Numbered from the stretch's first letter, positions 36,978-47,920 are shown. The stretch is DNA of 64,000 nucleotides from Myxococcales bacterium (GCA_020632975.1 JACKEL010000012.1:82852-146851); one strand, 5' to 3'. Notes: generated by a model from the sequence alone, not told the origin. Translations and numbers: made by a program.

Positions 36978-38287
36978 ATCTCTTGAGTCAAACACATCTC
37001 TGGGATGACGCGGCTTACCAAACACAATTGAATGAACTTTTTCGTCTTCGTCGGGGGGCAGAAGGACGAGGACTCGATGGGATGCGGGCTTTGTGGGACA
37101 AGCTCGGTCGTCCTGGCGAAGGGATCCCTTGTATCCAAGTCGCGGGCACCAATGGCAAAGGTTCGGTTTGTGCGTGGTTATCCTCGATGTTGCGGGCTTG
37201 TGGTCAACATGTCGGACTTTTTACGAGCCCGCATTTGCTGCACTTTCGAGAACGCTTTCGTGTCGATGAGCAGGATGTCTCAGATGAAGCGATTGCGCGT
37301 TGGTTGCCCAAGATCCTCGAAGCCGCCAAACAAACGGGATACCCTCCTTTGTTTTTTGAGATCGTGACGGCGTTGGGACTTTGTCTTTTTGCGGAAGCTG
37401 GGGTGGATTGGATGATCTTGGAGGTTGGTCTAGGTGGCCGACTTGATCCTACTACCGTGATTCCTTCGGTGGCTTCGGTTGTTACGTCGATTGGTCTCGA
37501 CCACTGTGCTTGGTTGGGGAACTCTTTGGCCCAGATCGCCTCGGAAAAAGCGGGCATCTTTCGTTCGGGGGTGCCTGCTTGGGTGGGCTTTGTACCTGAA
37601 GAAGCGGAGAAAGTCATCGCAGATGTCGCCGAAGAAAAGGGCGTATCCTCGATGTCTTGGGCTGGACGGGACTTTTTGATCAAGGTTGATGGAGACAAAG
37701 CGCGCTTTTTGGGAAGCGATGGGAGCGTGGAAGGTTTGTCTTTGCCTTTGCATGGGGTGCATCAACCCAGCAATCTTGCGTTGGCTTTGGCCGTTCTCAT
37801 GGGACAAAAGGACCGTGGCGTCTCGTGGGATGAAGATACTTTGCGACGCGGGGTTGCAAGTGTTCGGTGGGACGGTCGTTTGCAGCGCATCGAACAAGCT
37901 GGACAGGTCTTTCTCCTGGATGGTGCTCATAATCCCGAAGCAGCCGAGGTCTTGGCTCGCTCTTTGGAGGGAGCGTCTGTCGCAACGCTGATCTTTGGGG
38001 CGATGGAAGACAAAGATGTTCGTGGAACGCTGGTGCCTTTGTTGAAGCTGGTGCCCAAGGTTGTTTTTTGTACTGTGCAGTCACCGAGGGCATGTTCGGC
38101 CTCTTCGCTTCGTGCGATCGCAACGGAGCTTGCGCCTGATGGAGATTACCAAGTCGCGGACGATCTGACGGACGCAATAGAGATGGCTCGCCAAGATGCC
38201 CAAGGTACGGTGTTGATCGCGGGATCTTTGTATCTGGTGGGAGAGGCTTTGGCGGCTTTTCGTGGGAAGGGGACGAACGAAGCTTAA
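36974..38287 (+). CDS. folC: Folylpolyglutamate synthase / dihydrofolate synthase
   Basis: IQVAGTNGKGSVCAW, SPHLLHFRERF, ILEVGLGGRLD, TSIGLDH, LDGAHNPEA. The TTG start overlaps the upstream stop (TTGA), so the exact start is uncertain. Confidence 0.85.
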   Translation: MNLLSQTHLWDDAAYQTQLNELFRLRRGAEGRGLDGMRALWDKLGRPGEGIPCIQVAGTNGKGSVCAWLSSMLRACGQHVGLFTSPHLLHFRERFRVDEQDVSDEAIARWLPKILEAAKQTGYPPLFFEIVTALGLCLFAEAGVDWMILEVGLGGRLDPTTVIPSVASVVTSIGLDHCAWLGNSLAQIASEKAGIFRSGVPAWVGFVPEEAEKVIADVAEEKGVSSMSWAGRDFLIKVDGDKARFLGSDGSVEGLSLPLHGVHQPSNLALALAVLMGQKDRGVSWDEDTLRRGVASVRWDGRLQRIEQAGQVFLLDGAHNPEAAEVLARSLEGASVATLIFGAMEDKDVRGTLVPLLKLVPKVVFCTVQSPRACSASSLRAIATELAPDGDYQVADDLTDAIEMARQDAQGTVLIAGSLYLVGEALAAFRGKGTNEA

Positions 38288-38434
38288 AGGAGTACTTTTG
38301 CGGTGGGATGGTGGTTGCAAGAAGGCCGCGGGAGTGGTAGATTCGGGAGCTTATTGGGCGAAAGACTAAGTCGATGAGATATCCTTTGTCCTTCGTGGAG
38401 ATAGCGATATCTGAAGACGCGGAAGCTGGGTTGG

Positions 38435-40987
38435 ATGACAGAGCGAGATTGGTTAATTGGCAGAGTACTCGGAAAGTACCGTTTGGAGAAGCAGATAGGC
38501 GCAGGTGCTTTTGCGAGTATCTATGAAGCTGTGCATATCCATTTGCATGTGCCATTTGCCATCAAGATCTTGCACCCTGCTTTTGCCAACGAAGAAGAGG
38601 TGTTACGCCGCTTTTTTCGTGAGGCTCGTGCAGCAAGCCAACTTCAACATGAGAATGTTGTTTTTATCGCAGACTTCGATGTCGAAGAAGGGGTGGGGCC
38701 TTATATCGTCATGGAGTATCTCGAAGGAGATACGCTGAAAAAGTTCTTGAGCCAGCGCGTCCAGCCTCCCTTGGAACTTGTGGGAGAGATCGCGCGTCAG
38801 ATCTGCCTCGCTTTGGGACAAGCCCACCGCAAAAACATCGTCCACCGCGATCTTAAACCCGAAAATATCTTCCTTGTGCAACGAGAGATGGGGCGGGTGT
38901 TGGTGAAGATCTTGGACTTTGGGATCGCGCACCTTGGAAAGCTCACAGACTCGATCACAGGGTCGCGATTGATCGGGACGCCCGTGTATATGGCGCCCGA
39001 ACAGTTTCGCGGTGTGGCGCATTCTCCAAGCATCGATATCTATTCTTTTGGCGTTATCCTTTACGAGATGCTGACAGGACAAACCCCTTTTATCGGGCAC
39101 AATGTGCAGCAACTTGGCATCGAACACTTGTTGATGCCTGCACCCGAACTGCCCGAGAACTTTCCTGCTGGACTTCGACAGTTGCAGGCTCGCTTGTTGG
39201 GAAAAACCCCCGAAGAGCGTCCTTCGAGTATGGAAGAAGTCTGGATGTTGATGGCGCCTGCTTTGGACCCCGAAGGGCGTTTTCCCCATTGGCATCGGCA
39301 AGATCAACATATCTTTACAGGCGCGTTGATGCCAGGTGTGTTGTCCGCGGATAGTATCAACTACCCTAGCGTGGATCAAACACCGCGCACTGCGATGCCA
39401 CCGCCCTCTGTGACCGATACGCATGATCATTCTTCCCGTTCTTCGGTCAATGACACGCACGATGGGCCCGAACAACAGCTGCCCGATGCGATCTCTTTTC
39501 ACGATGATATCCGTCCCACCGCGATCGGCCCGTTGCCTTCGGGCTCTGCAAGTGATCTGCTCGCTTCGCTGCGTCCTCTCGAAGATGAAGAAGATATCTT
39601 TGAAGGGGCCGAGACGATGGTCGGGCCTGTGCGAAATCCCCTTCTTGAGGGGGCCAAGTCGGGCCAAGTGTACCAAACCTTGCGGATGCCCAGCTACAAC
39701 GACGAAGATGAGTTGGTCCCTGACCATCCTACGGATATCAATCTTCCCGTTTTTGGCGGAGCTGCGGGCGAAGACGATGTCAGCCTAGTCAACGCCCTTG
39801 AGAGTCCTTCCAAGGGAGGCTCAGACTTTTTTCAAGGCGATACCAAAGACGAGATGGCTGCCCCTTTGCATGGACGCGGCCCCCAAGAACGGGAACAAGC
39901 CCTTTCTGCGGAAGATCTCGTCGAAGAACTCGGTGAACAGGACTCTTTGCTCGGTCAGTCCTCTTTGTTGGATCAAGCGGACTCGTTTTCTTTGGAAGAG
40001 GGAGGCTTGGTGATCGATGAGTCTAAGCCTCCGCCAAGCCCGCCGCGTATCGGGGCTTCCCAAGAAGAACAAGAGCTTGACCTTGTGATCCACGACATGG
40101 GCGATCAACTGTGGGACGAACACGAAGAGTCCGCAGGACCCGAACTTGCCATTAAACGCGCGCCACAGATGGTCGGCAGCGCGGACGATATCGATCAGGT
40201 GACGGAGATCTCCACAGCCCCGAAAAATGGGCCGAGTGAAGTGGACGAAGACAGTTTGCAGATCACGGAGATCTCGATGTCTTCGGATCATGGCTTTGAT
40301 GGATTTGGTCAACCTGTCGCTGCGGTCGCTCTTTCGGGCGGGATGGGAAGTTCGATGACCTCGCGTGTCTCGTCGGACTTTTCGCAACTCTCGACCGTTC
40401 GTACCCGCAATCCCATGACGGTCGCTGGCGATCGCGATACCATGGGCGATCAAGATGTCTTGTCCAAGCCAGGTCGCAATATCCCTCAGCCAAAAACACC
40501 CCCCCCGATCCTTGGTGGTGCTGCTGCACTTCGACACGATGGTGGCTGGTCTCGTGAGAGATTTCCTGCCCCCCTTCGGCCGATTTGGGACATGTACCAG
40601 CGTATGAGCCCCTTGGAACGGCGTCTTTTGATGATGGTGTGGGTCGGCGCGATCTTGGTGGTCGCGAGTGTTCTATGGTTGTTGTGGCCCGAAGTCTCGA
40701 CAAAGTCGAAAGTTCCGTCACCTCGTGCAGGGATCGTCAAACAAGGCGAAGAGATCGAGATCCGTTTGCTTTCAGGAAGCATCAATGCGGAGCCGATCAA
40801 TGTCTACGACGAAGGTGGCCGATACTTGGGGAAAACGCCGATGTCAGTCCGTGGCCGTTCGCAAAAAGTTGTACGTTATCGCCTTGAACCATCAGGGCGC
40901 GGACGTGGCCGCTACCGCACGACCTTCCGCGATATCCTCTTCGATCCAAACAAAGCACAGATCACCCTCGAACTCGATCCCCGCTAG
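38435..40987 (+). CDS. Ser/Thr protein kinase with long disordered linker, TM helix and C-terminal PEGA-like domain
   Basis: GAGAFASIYEA, FAIKIL, HRDLKPENIF, KILDFGIA, GTPVYMAPE. The TM segment is LLMMVWVGAILVVASVLWLLW. The C-terminus reads INAEPINVYDEGGRYLGKTPM. Confidence 0.9.
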   Translation: MTERDWLIGRVLGKYRLEKQIGAGAFASIYEAVHIHLHVPFAIKILHPAFANEEEVLRRFFREARAASQLQHENVVFIADFDVEEGVGPYIVMEYLEGDTLKKFLSQRVQPPLELVGEIARQICLALGQAHRKNIVHRDLKPENIFLVQREMGRVLVKILDFGIAHLGKLTDSITGSRLIGTPVYMAPEQFRGVAHSPSIDIYSFGVILYEMLTGQTPFIGHNVQQLGIEHLLMPAPELPENFPAGLRQLQARLLGKTPEERPSSMEEVWMLMAPALDPEGRFPHWHRQDQHIFTGALMPGVLSADSINYPSVDQTPRTAMPPPSVTDTHDHSSRSSVNDTHDGPEQQLPDAISFHDDIRPTAIGPLPSGSASDLLASLRPLEDEEDIFEGAETMVGPVRNPLLEGAKSGQVYQTLRMPSYNDEDELVPDHPTDINLPVFGGAAGEDDVSLVNALESPSKGGSDFFQGDTKDEMAAPLHGRGPQEREQALSAEDLVEELGEQDSLLGQSSLLDQADSFSLEEGGLVIDESKPPPSPPRIGASQEEQELDLVIHDMGDQLWDEHEESAGPELAIKRAPQMVGSADDIDQVTEISTAPKNGPSEVDEDSLQITEISMSSDHGFDGFGQPVAAVALSGGMGSSMTSRVSSDFSQLSTVRTRNPMTVAGDRDTMGDQDVLSKPGRNIPQPKTPPPILGGAAALRHDGGWSRERFPAPLRPIWDMYQRMSPLERRLLMMVWVGAILVVASVLWLLWPEVSTKSKVPSPRAGIVKQGEEIEIRLLSGSINAEPINVYDEGGRYLGKTPMSVRGRSQKVVRYRLEPSGRGRGRYRTTFRDILFDPNKAQITLELDPR

Positions 40988-41040
40988 TCTTCTCGATCTC
41001 TCTTTCTTTAGAATTTGTACGAAAGCTTGGAGCGACTTTT

Positions 41041-41625
41041 CTACTCGTCTTCTTTGGCGCCTTTGGCGATCACGACTTCGAGTTTTTGAACGCGGATCCC
41101 TCGGCTGTGTAGGTGATCTTTGAGGTAGGGAAGTCGTTGTTTTAGGATGTGGCGCACACCTGCGTTGGGGGCGAGCAGTGTCGCAGAGAGGACTTTGTTT
41201 TGGAGGGAGATGCGGATCTGAAGTCCGCCAAGGATCTCTTGTTTGAGTTCGATCCAAAACTCGTGTGCATCTTCTGCGCCTTGCCCTACAAGGACCTGTC
41301 CACCGAGCTTTTCGAGCATCTCTAGGGTGTTGGGTTGGGGCGAGGGAAGGCTTTGGATCGAGTTCCCTTGGGGGTCCAAGAGATCGACATCTTGGATACC
41401 ACCTGGAGCATAGGGATCGGAATAGCCCGTAGGAAGGCCATGATGGTGTCGTGAGCCGACTCTTACGAGGGCATTGGGAGGGCGCTGGACTTCTGGGGGT
41501 TTGCGCAGTGTTGGATTCCCTGTGACGAACGGGTCGATCGCCTCTTTTTCAGTGTCGAGGGCGCGTTGTTCTTGGTGTTTTTTCTGAAGAGAGCGGGATA
41601 TCCGCCCACTAGCTTTGCGCGCCAT
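41041..41625 (-). CDS. Hypothetical protein with FliK-C-terminal-like (hook-length control) domain
   Basis: EFWIELKQEILGGLQIRISLQNKVLSATLLAPNAGVRHILKQRLPYLKDHLHSRGIRVQKLEV resembles the Flg_hook domain pattern by eye. Confidence 0.45.
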   Translation of the reverse strand: MARKASGRISRSLQKKHQEQRALDTEKEAIDPFVTGNPTLRKPPEVQRPPNALVRVGSRHHHGLPTGYSDPYAPGGIQDVDLLDPQGNSIQSLPSPQPNTLEMLEKLGGQVLVGQGAEDAHEFWIELKQEILGGLQIRISLQNKVLSATLLAPNAGVRHILKQRLPYLKDHLHSRGIRVQKLEVVIAKGAKEDE

Positions 41626-41725
41626 CTTGACCTCGTGGGGAAGGGGATTGAGCAGAGGTTTCTTTTGTCCGATGGGATGGGCGTTTTGTTTGTCCTCCCA
41701 AAGAGACTCTGCTGGGAACTTAGGC

Positions 41726-42853
41726 TCAAGCGCGCATCAAAGAACGTGCGATCACGATGCGTTGGACTTCGCTGGTGCCTTCGTAAATGGTGGTGACTTT
41801 GCAGTCGCGCAGCAAGCGTTCGATGGGGTAAAGCTGGGTGCAACCTTCTTCGCCGAGCAAGGTGACGGCTTGTTGGCAGACGCGGTTGGCGGTCTCTGTG
41901 GCGTATGCCTTGGCCATCGCAGCTTGCGAAGAGAAGGGCTTTTTGTGATCTTTGAGCCATGCAGCGCGCAAGATCAGTCCGTATGCTGCTTGAAGCTCTG
42001 TTTCCATCTGGGCGATCATGGCGCGTTCTTCGCCGATCAGGGAGCCGCGTTGTTCTTGAAGCCCTTGACGCAAAGCCGTCATCGCAGCTTTGGCGATCCC
42101 CCAAGCTTGGGAAGAAACGCCGATCCGTCCACCATCAAGGGCCGTCATCGCGATACGAAAGCCACCACCTTGCTGACTGAGACGTCGTTCGTTTACGGGG
42201 ATACGGCAGTCGCCAAAGTGCAGCGAGACCGTGGATGAAGCGCGAAGACCCATCTTGTCTTCTTTACGGCCGACAGAAAAGCCTGGATCTTCGGGGCTTA
42301 CAAGCACAGTACTGATCCCACGGCTGCCTTCGCCATTGTCGCGAACCCACACCACAAACACGCCTGCATGGGTTCCTGAGGAGATCCACGTTTTTTCTCC
42401 GTTGATGATCCCCGTGTCTCCGTCGATTTGCATACTTGTGCGCAAAGACGCTGCATCAGAGCCCGCCCCAGGCTCAGAAAGCGCGAAGGAGCCCGCGAAG
42501 AAGTCTCCTTTGAGAAGCGGAGAAAGAAAACGTTGATGTTGCTCGGGGGTCGCAAAACGCGAGAGGACTTCGGCGACCATGCTGCTGACCGCAACGGTTA
42601 CCGCGGTAGCACTACAGGCTTGGGCAAGTTCCATGATGCTCAACGCGTAAGCGACAGTGCTTGCTCCTGGCCCGCCGAGTTCTTTGGGGACGGTCAAACC
42701 TACGAGACCTTCTTGGGCATAAGCTCGAAGCGTTTCGGCTGGGAAGTGTTCTTCGCGCTCCCACTGCGCGGCGTGTGGGGCGATGTGTTCGCGGGCAAAG
42801 CGCCGTGCGCGCGTTTGGATATCTTGTTCTGCAGGGGAGATCCGAAAGTCCAT
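41726..42853 (-). CDS. Acyl-CoA dehydrogenase
   Basis: GSFALSEPGAGSDA, DGDTGIINGEKTWISSG, YEGTSEVQRIVIAR. ATG at 42853 has GGAG upstream and is preferred over the TTG at 42874. Confidence 0.9.
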   Translation of the reverse strand: MDFRISPAEQDIQTRARRFAREHIAPHAAQWEREEHFPAETLRAYAQEGLVGLTVPKELGGPGASTVAYALSIMELAQACSATAVTVAVSSMVAEVLSRFATPEQHQRFLSPLLKGDFFAGSFALSEPGAGSDAASLRTSMQIDGDTGIINGEKTWISSGTHAGVFVVWVRDNGEGSRGISTVLVSPEDPGFSVGRKEDKMGLRASSTVSLHFGDCRIPVNERRLSQQGGGFRIAMTALDGGRIGVSSQAWGIAKAAMTALRQGLQEQRGSLIGEERAMIAQMETELQAAYGLILRAAWLKDHKKPFSSQAAMAKAYATETANRVCQQAVTLLGEEGCTQLYPIERLLRDCKVTTIYEGTSEVQRIVIARSLMRA

Positions 42854-42933
42854 CTTGTCTGCTCCATTCGGCAAATACGGGCTTTTGTGCAGCGCTTTGC
42901 CTTGGTCTCGAAAAAAGAATGGAAGTACTATAC

Positions 42934-43833
42934 CTATCGTGTGTTGGGTTGAAAAGATGGGCGTTTAAGACGCGCTTGCACCAAGACGATCCCCAAAAGG
43001 ATCAGTGCCCCACCCAACAACAAACGTGTGTCGATCAGTTCTTTGAGGAAGATGGCCCCCAGCGTGATGCCCACAGGAGGCATCGCATAAGTCACCAAAG
43101 AAGCCCGCGGCCCCCAAGACGCCACCAAACTATAAAAGAGGAAGTACGCGATCACTGTATGGATCACGCTCAAGGTAAGCGTCATGCCCCAAGCAAAAGA
43201 GTCCGCGTGGGTGAGTACTTTCCAAGGCGATGCTGCAAGCAACATCACAGGCGTGATCGCGATCGCGCCGATCAATAGGGTCGCTCCAGCGATCACGATC
43301 GGTTCGATGTGCTTGAGCGAGCGACGAATCACGATCAAACATGACGCATAACACGCTGAGGCCGCCAAGATCGAAAACTGTCCAAGCAAGGCTTGTCCGC
43401 CTGTCTTGACTTGGCCCAAGGCCCGAAAGCTCAGCAAGACCACGCCGCCAAAGCCCAAAAGCAGTCCAAAGATCTTTTGGGCAGTCAGACGTTCGTCTTC
43501 CACCAAAAAGTGGGCGAGCAACAAACTAAAAAAAGGTGTTGTGGAAGTGAGGATGGTCCCTAAACTGCTATCGATGTGAGCTTGTCCCCATGACACCAGA
43601 AAAAAGGGCAAGGCTGTGTTCATGATACCAACGTAGATCAAGGCACCACGGCCTTTTTCGGGCCAGATGACGCGACCTGTCATGCGCAAGTACACGATGA
43701 AAAGGGAAGCTGCGATGGTCAGGCGGATCCATACCAAGGTGAGTGGATCGATCTGGCGGATGACCAGTTTGATCAAAAGATAAGAGGAGCCCCAGATCAG
43801 GGCCAAGCCAACGAAACGAAACCATGCTTGCAT
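42934..43833 (-). CDS. EamA/DMT-family transporter
   Basis: There are ten hydrophobic helices and the motif LIWGSSYLLIK. It starts at the internal ATG (43831-43833). Confidence 0.8.
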   Translation of the reverse strand: MQAWFRFVGLALIWGSSYLLIKLVIRQIDPLTLVWIRLTIAASLFIVYLRMTGRVIWPEKGRGALIYVGIMNTALPFFLVSWGQAHIDSSLGTILTSTTPFFSLLLAHFLVEDERLTAQKIFGLLLGFGGVVLLSFRALGQVKTGGQALLGQFSILAASACYASCLIVIRRSLKHIEPIVIAGATLLIGAIAITPVMLLAASPWKVLTHADSFAWGMTLTLSVIHTVIAYFLFYSLVASWGPRASLVTYAMPPVGITLGAIFLKELIDTRLLLGGALILLGIVLVQARLKRPSFQPNTR

Positions 43834-43984
43834 GTGCTCTTTTATCCATCTTCTTTGCGGGTGGCCGACATGGCCTGGACCCTCTGTGGACACCGTGCGA
43901 AAAGGCCATCCACAAGGGCGCATCTGTACCACTGATCTGTTGAAAAGGAAATCATAAAGGCCAACCCCACGAGGCTCGAAGTCG

Positions 43985-44827
43985 ATGACCCACGAAGCGT
44001 CACTTTTGCGATCCAATCCTCATCTGTTGATCACTCGAACTCGTTCAAAGTGTGAGGCTTTTTGTTCCACGCTTGAACAAGCTGGCCTCCAAGTGAGCGC
44101 CATCCCGATCCAACAAACGCGTGCTACGCTTTCCCAAGAAGAGATGAACTTACACCTCAAAGGTCTCGCTTCGTGGGATGGTTTGTTGTTGACCAGCGCT
44201 GCATCCGTTCGATTTTTCTTACAACCGCTCTTGCAGATGCTCGATACATACGATGCTTCCGAGAGATCTGCTGTGTTGGCGTGGCTTTCTTCGCATCTCT
44301 TCTGTGTGGGACAAGCCACCGCCCAAGCTTGCGAGGCCTTGGGCTTCTCACCCAGTTTGATCCCCGAAAAGCAAGATGCTTTGGGCCTGATCGCTGCCCT
44401 CCAACAACGCGGATCGCAACAAGGCAAGCGTTATCTTTTCCCTTGCTCGACAGAAGCGCGTCCCACCCTGTCGCAAGGACTGGAGGCGCTTGGGGCCACC
44501 GTTTTTCGCTTGCATGTCTACACGGTTGTCTCTATGTCTTTGCCTGAGTCTGTTCGGGCGTTGCTCTTGGCGGGCGATATCGATATGGTGGCCGTCAACA
44601 GCCCGTCTCAGTTTGCGGCGCTCTGTGCTGCGATGGAGATGGCCCCCTCGACGTGGCGAGCTTCGCTGCGTTGGGCGGCGATTGGCCCGACCACCGCAGA
44701 AGCATTGCGGCAGGCAGGCTTAGAGCCTTGGTTGGTCTCCCCCAAGCCTTCGATGCAGGCTTTTGCAGAGGCCATTCGAGAGGCGCTTTATCCTCAGACT
44801 TTTTCTAATCAAAAGGAGAATCCATAG
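43985..44827 (+). CDS. hemD: Uroporphyrinogen-III synthase
   Basis: LLITRTRSK...LLLTSAASVRFF...FCVGQATAQA...AAIGPTTAEAL. It lies directly upstream of hemL. Confidence 0.7.
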   Translation: MTHEASLLRSNPHLLITRTRSKCEAFCSTLEQAGLQVSAIPIQQTRATLSQEEMNLHLKGLASWDGLLLTSAASVRFFLQPLLQMLDTYDASERSAVLAWLSSHLFCVGQATAQACEALGFSPSLIPEKQDALGLIAALQQRGSQQGKRYLFPCSTEARPTLSQGLEALGATVFRLHVYTVVSMSLPESVRALLLAGDIDMVAVNSPSQFAALCAAMEMAPSTWRASLRWAAIGPTTAEALRQAGLEPWLVSPKPSMQAFAEAIREALYPQTFSNQKENP

Positions 44828-46126
44828 ATGTCGATCTCTCTCAAACAAAGCCAAGCTTGGATGGAGCGTGCGCGTCACGTGATGCCTGGTGGTGTAAACT
44901 CTCCTGTTCGTGCGTTTCGTGCGGTAGGTGGGGACCCGCCGATGATCCGTCGTGCCAAAGGTGCGTATCTTTGGGACGAAGATGGTAACCAGTATATCGA
45001 CTATGTGGGTTCGTGGGGACCGATGATCCTTGGCCATGCGCATCCTGATGTCGTGGCGGTGATCCAGGCCGCAGCAGAAGAGGGGACCAGCTATGGAGCC
45101 CCCACTGTTCGAGAAGTCCTGATGGCCGAGAAGATCCGTGAGTTCTTTCCTGTGATGGAGATGACGCGCCTCGTCAACTCAGGAACAGAAGCGACGATGA
45201 GCGCGATTCGTTTGGCGCGTGCTGCGACCCAACGCGATCGTGTGATCAAGTTTTCTGGGTGCTATCATGGCCATGGTGACGCCTTTTTGATCGCCGCAGG
45301 TTCTGGGGCGACGACCTTTGGGGTTCCCAATAGCCCGGGTGTGACCGCAGCAACCGCAGCGTATACCCTGCTTGCTGAGTACAACGACCTTGGAGGCGTG
45401 GAAAAGCTTTTCCAAGAGTATCCCGACTCTATCGCAGCGATCATTGTCGAGCCTGTCCCTGGAAACATGGGCTTGATCAAGCCCGAAGCAGGATTCCTTG
45501 AAGGCCTGCGCTCGCTTTCGACACAACATGGGGCGTTGTTGATCTTTGATGAGGTGATGACAGGCTTTCGCGTCGCTCCTGGCGGAGTGACCGAGCTGAT
45601 GGGCGTGACCCCCGACTTGGTGACGCTCGGTAAGATCATCGGTGGTGGCCTTCCTGTGGGCGCTTACGGCGGTCGTGCAGATCTGATGAAGATGGTTGCT
45701 CCCAGTGGACCCGTGTACCAAGCAGGTACACTCTCAGGGAATCCCTTGGCCACAGCTGCGGGTCTTGCGACACTTGAGCGCCTTACGCCCGCGATGTACG
45801 CCAGTCTCGAAGAGTCTTGCAAACAACTCGAAGCAGGGATGCGCGCGGGACTTCAGGAACTTGGCCGCGACCTTTATATGACCCGCTATGGCTCGATGAT
45901 CTGCATGTTCTTCTCTGACACGCCCGTCAAGAATTACACGGACGCTCGTGCTTGTGATCTCCCCGCATTCAATCGTTACTTCCATGCGATGCTTGAGCGC
46001 GGTATCTACCTTCCTGCCGCGCAGTTCGAAGCACTGTTCGTCTCTGCTGCACACAGCCACGACGATATCGAACGCACGATCCAAGCCCACAAAGAGTCCC
46101 TTGCGATCGCCCTCCAGCCTGCCTAA
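44828..46126 (+). CDS. hemL: Glutamate-1-semialdehyde 2,1-aminomutase
   Basis: MPGGVNSPVRAF, DYVGSWGP, NSGTEATMSAIRLAR, FDEVMTGFR, LGKIIGGGLPVGAYGG. Confidence 0.95.
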   Translation: MSISLKQSQAWMERARHVMPGGVNSPVRAFRAVGGDPPMIRRAKGAYLWDEDGNQYIDYVGSWGPMILGHAHPDVVAVIQAAAEEGTSYGAPTVREVLMAEKIREFFPVMEMTRLVNSGTEATMSAIRLARAATQRDRVIKFSGCYHGHGDAFLIAAGSGATTFGVPNSPGVTAATAAYTLLAEYNDLGGVEKLFQEYPDSIAAIIVEPVPGNMGLIKPEAGFLEGLRSLSTQHGALLIFDEVMTGFRVAPGGVTELMGVTPDLVTLGKIIGGGLPVGAYGGRADLMKMVAPSGPVYQAGTLSGNPLATAAGLATLERLTPAMYASLEESCKQLEAGMRAGLQELGRDLYMTRYGSMICMFFSDTPVKNYTDARACDLPAFNRYFHAMLERGIYLPAAQFEALFVSAAHSHDDIERTIQAHKESLAIALQPA

Positions 46127-46275
46127 TCCTCTCGATACGCGCCTTTTTCGCGGCCAAGATCGCCTTCCTTTGTCCTTTCCTCTCTTTTCGCTTTTAACCC
46201 CAGAAGATCTCCTTGACAGTCTCTCTTGGCGTCTTTATATCTAAATTTATGTAGTGGGCTACGGAAATCTAGATA

Positions 46276-47322
46276 GTGAAAGAGATCAGGGAGTTTGCTT
46301 GCATGGATGAGAGAGAAGGGCGTTGGAGTCTGGGCGAGGAAGAGGACTTTATTGCGGAGTTGGGGCCTTTGGCTTTGGCCAATCGCCTGAAGCGTCTGAG
46401 TGATGTGATGATCACGTCTGGGCGAAAGATGTACAAAAGTCTGGGGATGGATATCGAGCCCAGTTGGTACCTGATCTTTTTGTTGTTAAAGCGCGATGGG
46501 GCGTTGGGGATCACAGAGATCGCGCAAAAGCTTCGTTATGCCCATCCATCCGTGGTGACGCTGGTTTCCAAGATGCTAAAGAAGCGATATCTCGAAGCGC
46601 ACAAAGACGAGCAAGACGGCAGAAAGCAGCTTGTGAGTCTGAGCGACAAAGCCAAAGCAGCTTTGCCCGCTTTCGAGCGTTTGTGGGCAGCGGGGGCCAA
46701 GGGGATCGAGGACGTCTTCGATCAAGGCGATGCAGCGCGCTTTATGGCATACTTGGGGCAGTTGGATCAGCGCTTTCAGAGAAAGGACTTTCACCAACGC
46801 ACGGTGGAGGCTTTGAAAGCGGAGGAGGATGCTCAAACAAGTCTCCCTCGCCTCGCCAAAAAATCCGATGAAGACGCCATCTGGGAGATCTTTTCGCAAG
46901 TGATCTCTACAGGTGAAACCTATGCCTTTTCCCCTCGTACCCCAAAGACGGCTCTTTCTGCGCTTTGGCTCGCCGCTTCGATGCGGACTTATGTGTACGA
47001 ACGCGAGGGCAAGATCGCGGGAACATACATCCTCAAACCCAACCAGCCCGATGCTGGGGGGCATATCGCAAATGCAGCTTACATGGTGCACCCAGCTTTT
47101 CAGGGCCAAGGGATCGGTCGTATGCTTTGTGAGCACTCTCTCCAAGAAGCCCGCTCTTGTGGTTACAGGGCCATGCAATTCAATCTTGTGGTAAGCACCA
47201 ACCTTGCGGCCGTTGCGCTGTGGCAACGTTGCGGCTTTCGCATCATCGGGACCACGCCTGACGGGTTCCAACACCCCACGCTTGGGCTTGTCGATACCTA
47301 CATCATGCACAGAAAACTATAG
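46276..47322 (+). CDS. MarR-type HTH fused to a GNAT acetyltransferase domain
   Basis: MarR part: LGITEIAQKLRYAHPSVVTLVSKMLKKRYLEAHKDEQDGRKQLVSLS. GNAT part: HPAFQGQGIGRMLCEHSL...NLAAVALWQRCGF. The start is GTG at 46276 or ATG at 46303. Confidence 0.75.
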   Translation: MKEIREFACMDEREGRWSLGEEEDFIAELGPLALANRLKRLSDVMITSGRKMYKSLGMDIEPSWYLIFLLLKRDGALGITEIAQKLRYAHPSVVTLVSKMLKKRYLEAHKDEQDGRKQLVSLSDKAKAALPAFERLWAAGAKGIEDVFDQGDAARFMAYLGQLDQRFQRKDFHQRTVEALKAEEDAQTSLPRLAKKSDEDAIWEIFSQVISTGETYAFSPRTPKTALSALWLAASMRTYVYEREGKIAGTYILKPNQPDAGGHIANAAYMVHPAFQGQGIGRMLCEHSLQEARSCGYRAMQFNLVVSTNLAAVALWQRCGFRIIGTTPDGFQHPTLGLVDTYIMHRKL

Positions 47323-47455
47323 CCTTGTCCCTCTGGATATCTTTGTTTCTTCGAGAGGATCGTCGTGGCATCCCTCTTTGTGCTGCAACGATTCGATGGT
47401 TTCTCTTTTTTCTATGTAGCTGACTACGTAAATGCAAAGAGAAGGAGTCTTGCGG

Positions 47456-47920
47456 ATGACATCACAGATCGAGATTACGACGTTTCTTCCCGAGTATGCG
47501 GACGGATTTGCACATCTGAACTACCAATGGATCGAGAAGCACTTTGAGGTCGAACCCTACGACCGGAAGGTCTTGGATGCGCCCGAGGAGCAGATCCTTG
47601 CGAAAGGAGGAGAGATCTTTTTCGCGGTACATGAAGGAAAGCCTGTTGGGACGGTGGCTTTGCTTCCTCTCGACGATGACTCTTTTGAGCTTACCAAGAT
47701 GGCCGTTGCACCAAGCTTTCGTGGTAAGCAGCTTGGAAAGCGCTTGATGTTACGTGCCATCGAGCACGCCACCAAGGTTGGAAAAAAACACCTGATCATC
47801 CTCTCCAACACGCTTCTTGTTCCTGCGATCAACCTGTATATCGACTTTGGGTTTCGACCTGTGGTGATGGAAAATGAAGCTTACAGCAGAGCCAATATCA
47901 AGATGGCAAAGAAATTATGA
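47456..47920 (+). CDS. GNAT-family N-acetyltransferase
   Basis: AAGGAG precedes the ATG at 47456. Motifs: VAPSFRGKQLGKRLMLRAIEHA and AINLYIDFGF. Confidence 0.8.
   Translation: MTSQIEITTFLPEYADGFAHLNYQWIEKHFEVEPYDRKVLDAPEEQILAKGGEIFFAVHEGKPVGTVALLPLDDDSFELTKMAVAPSFRGKQLGKRLMLRAIEHATKVGKKHLIILSNTLLVPAINLYIDFGFRPVVMENEAYSRANIKMAKKL

Noticed and set aside
38603-39727. 374-aa minus-strand ORF
   Set aside because: It is antisense to the Ser/Thr kinase catalytic domain.
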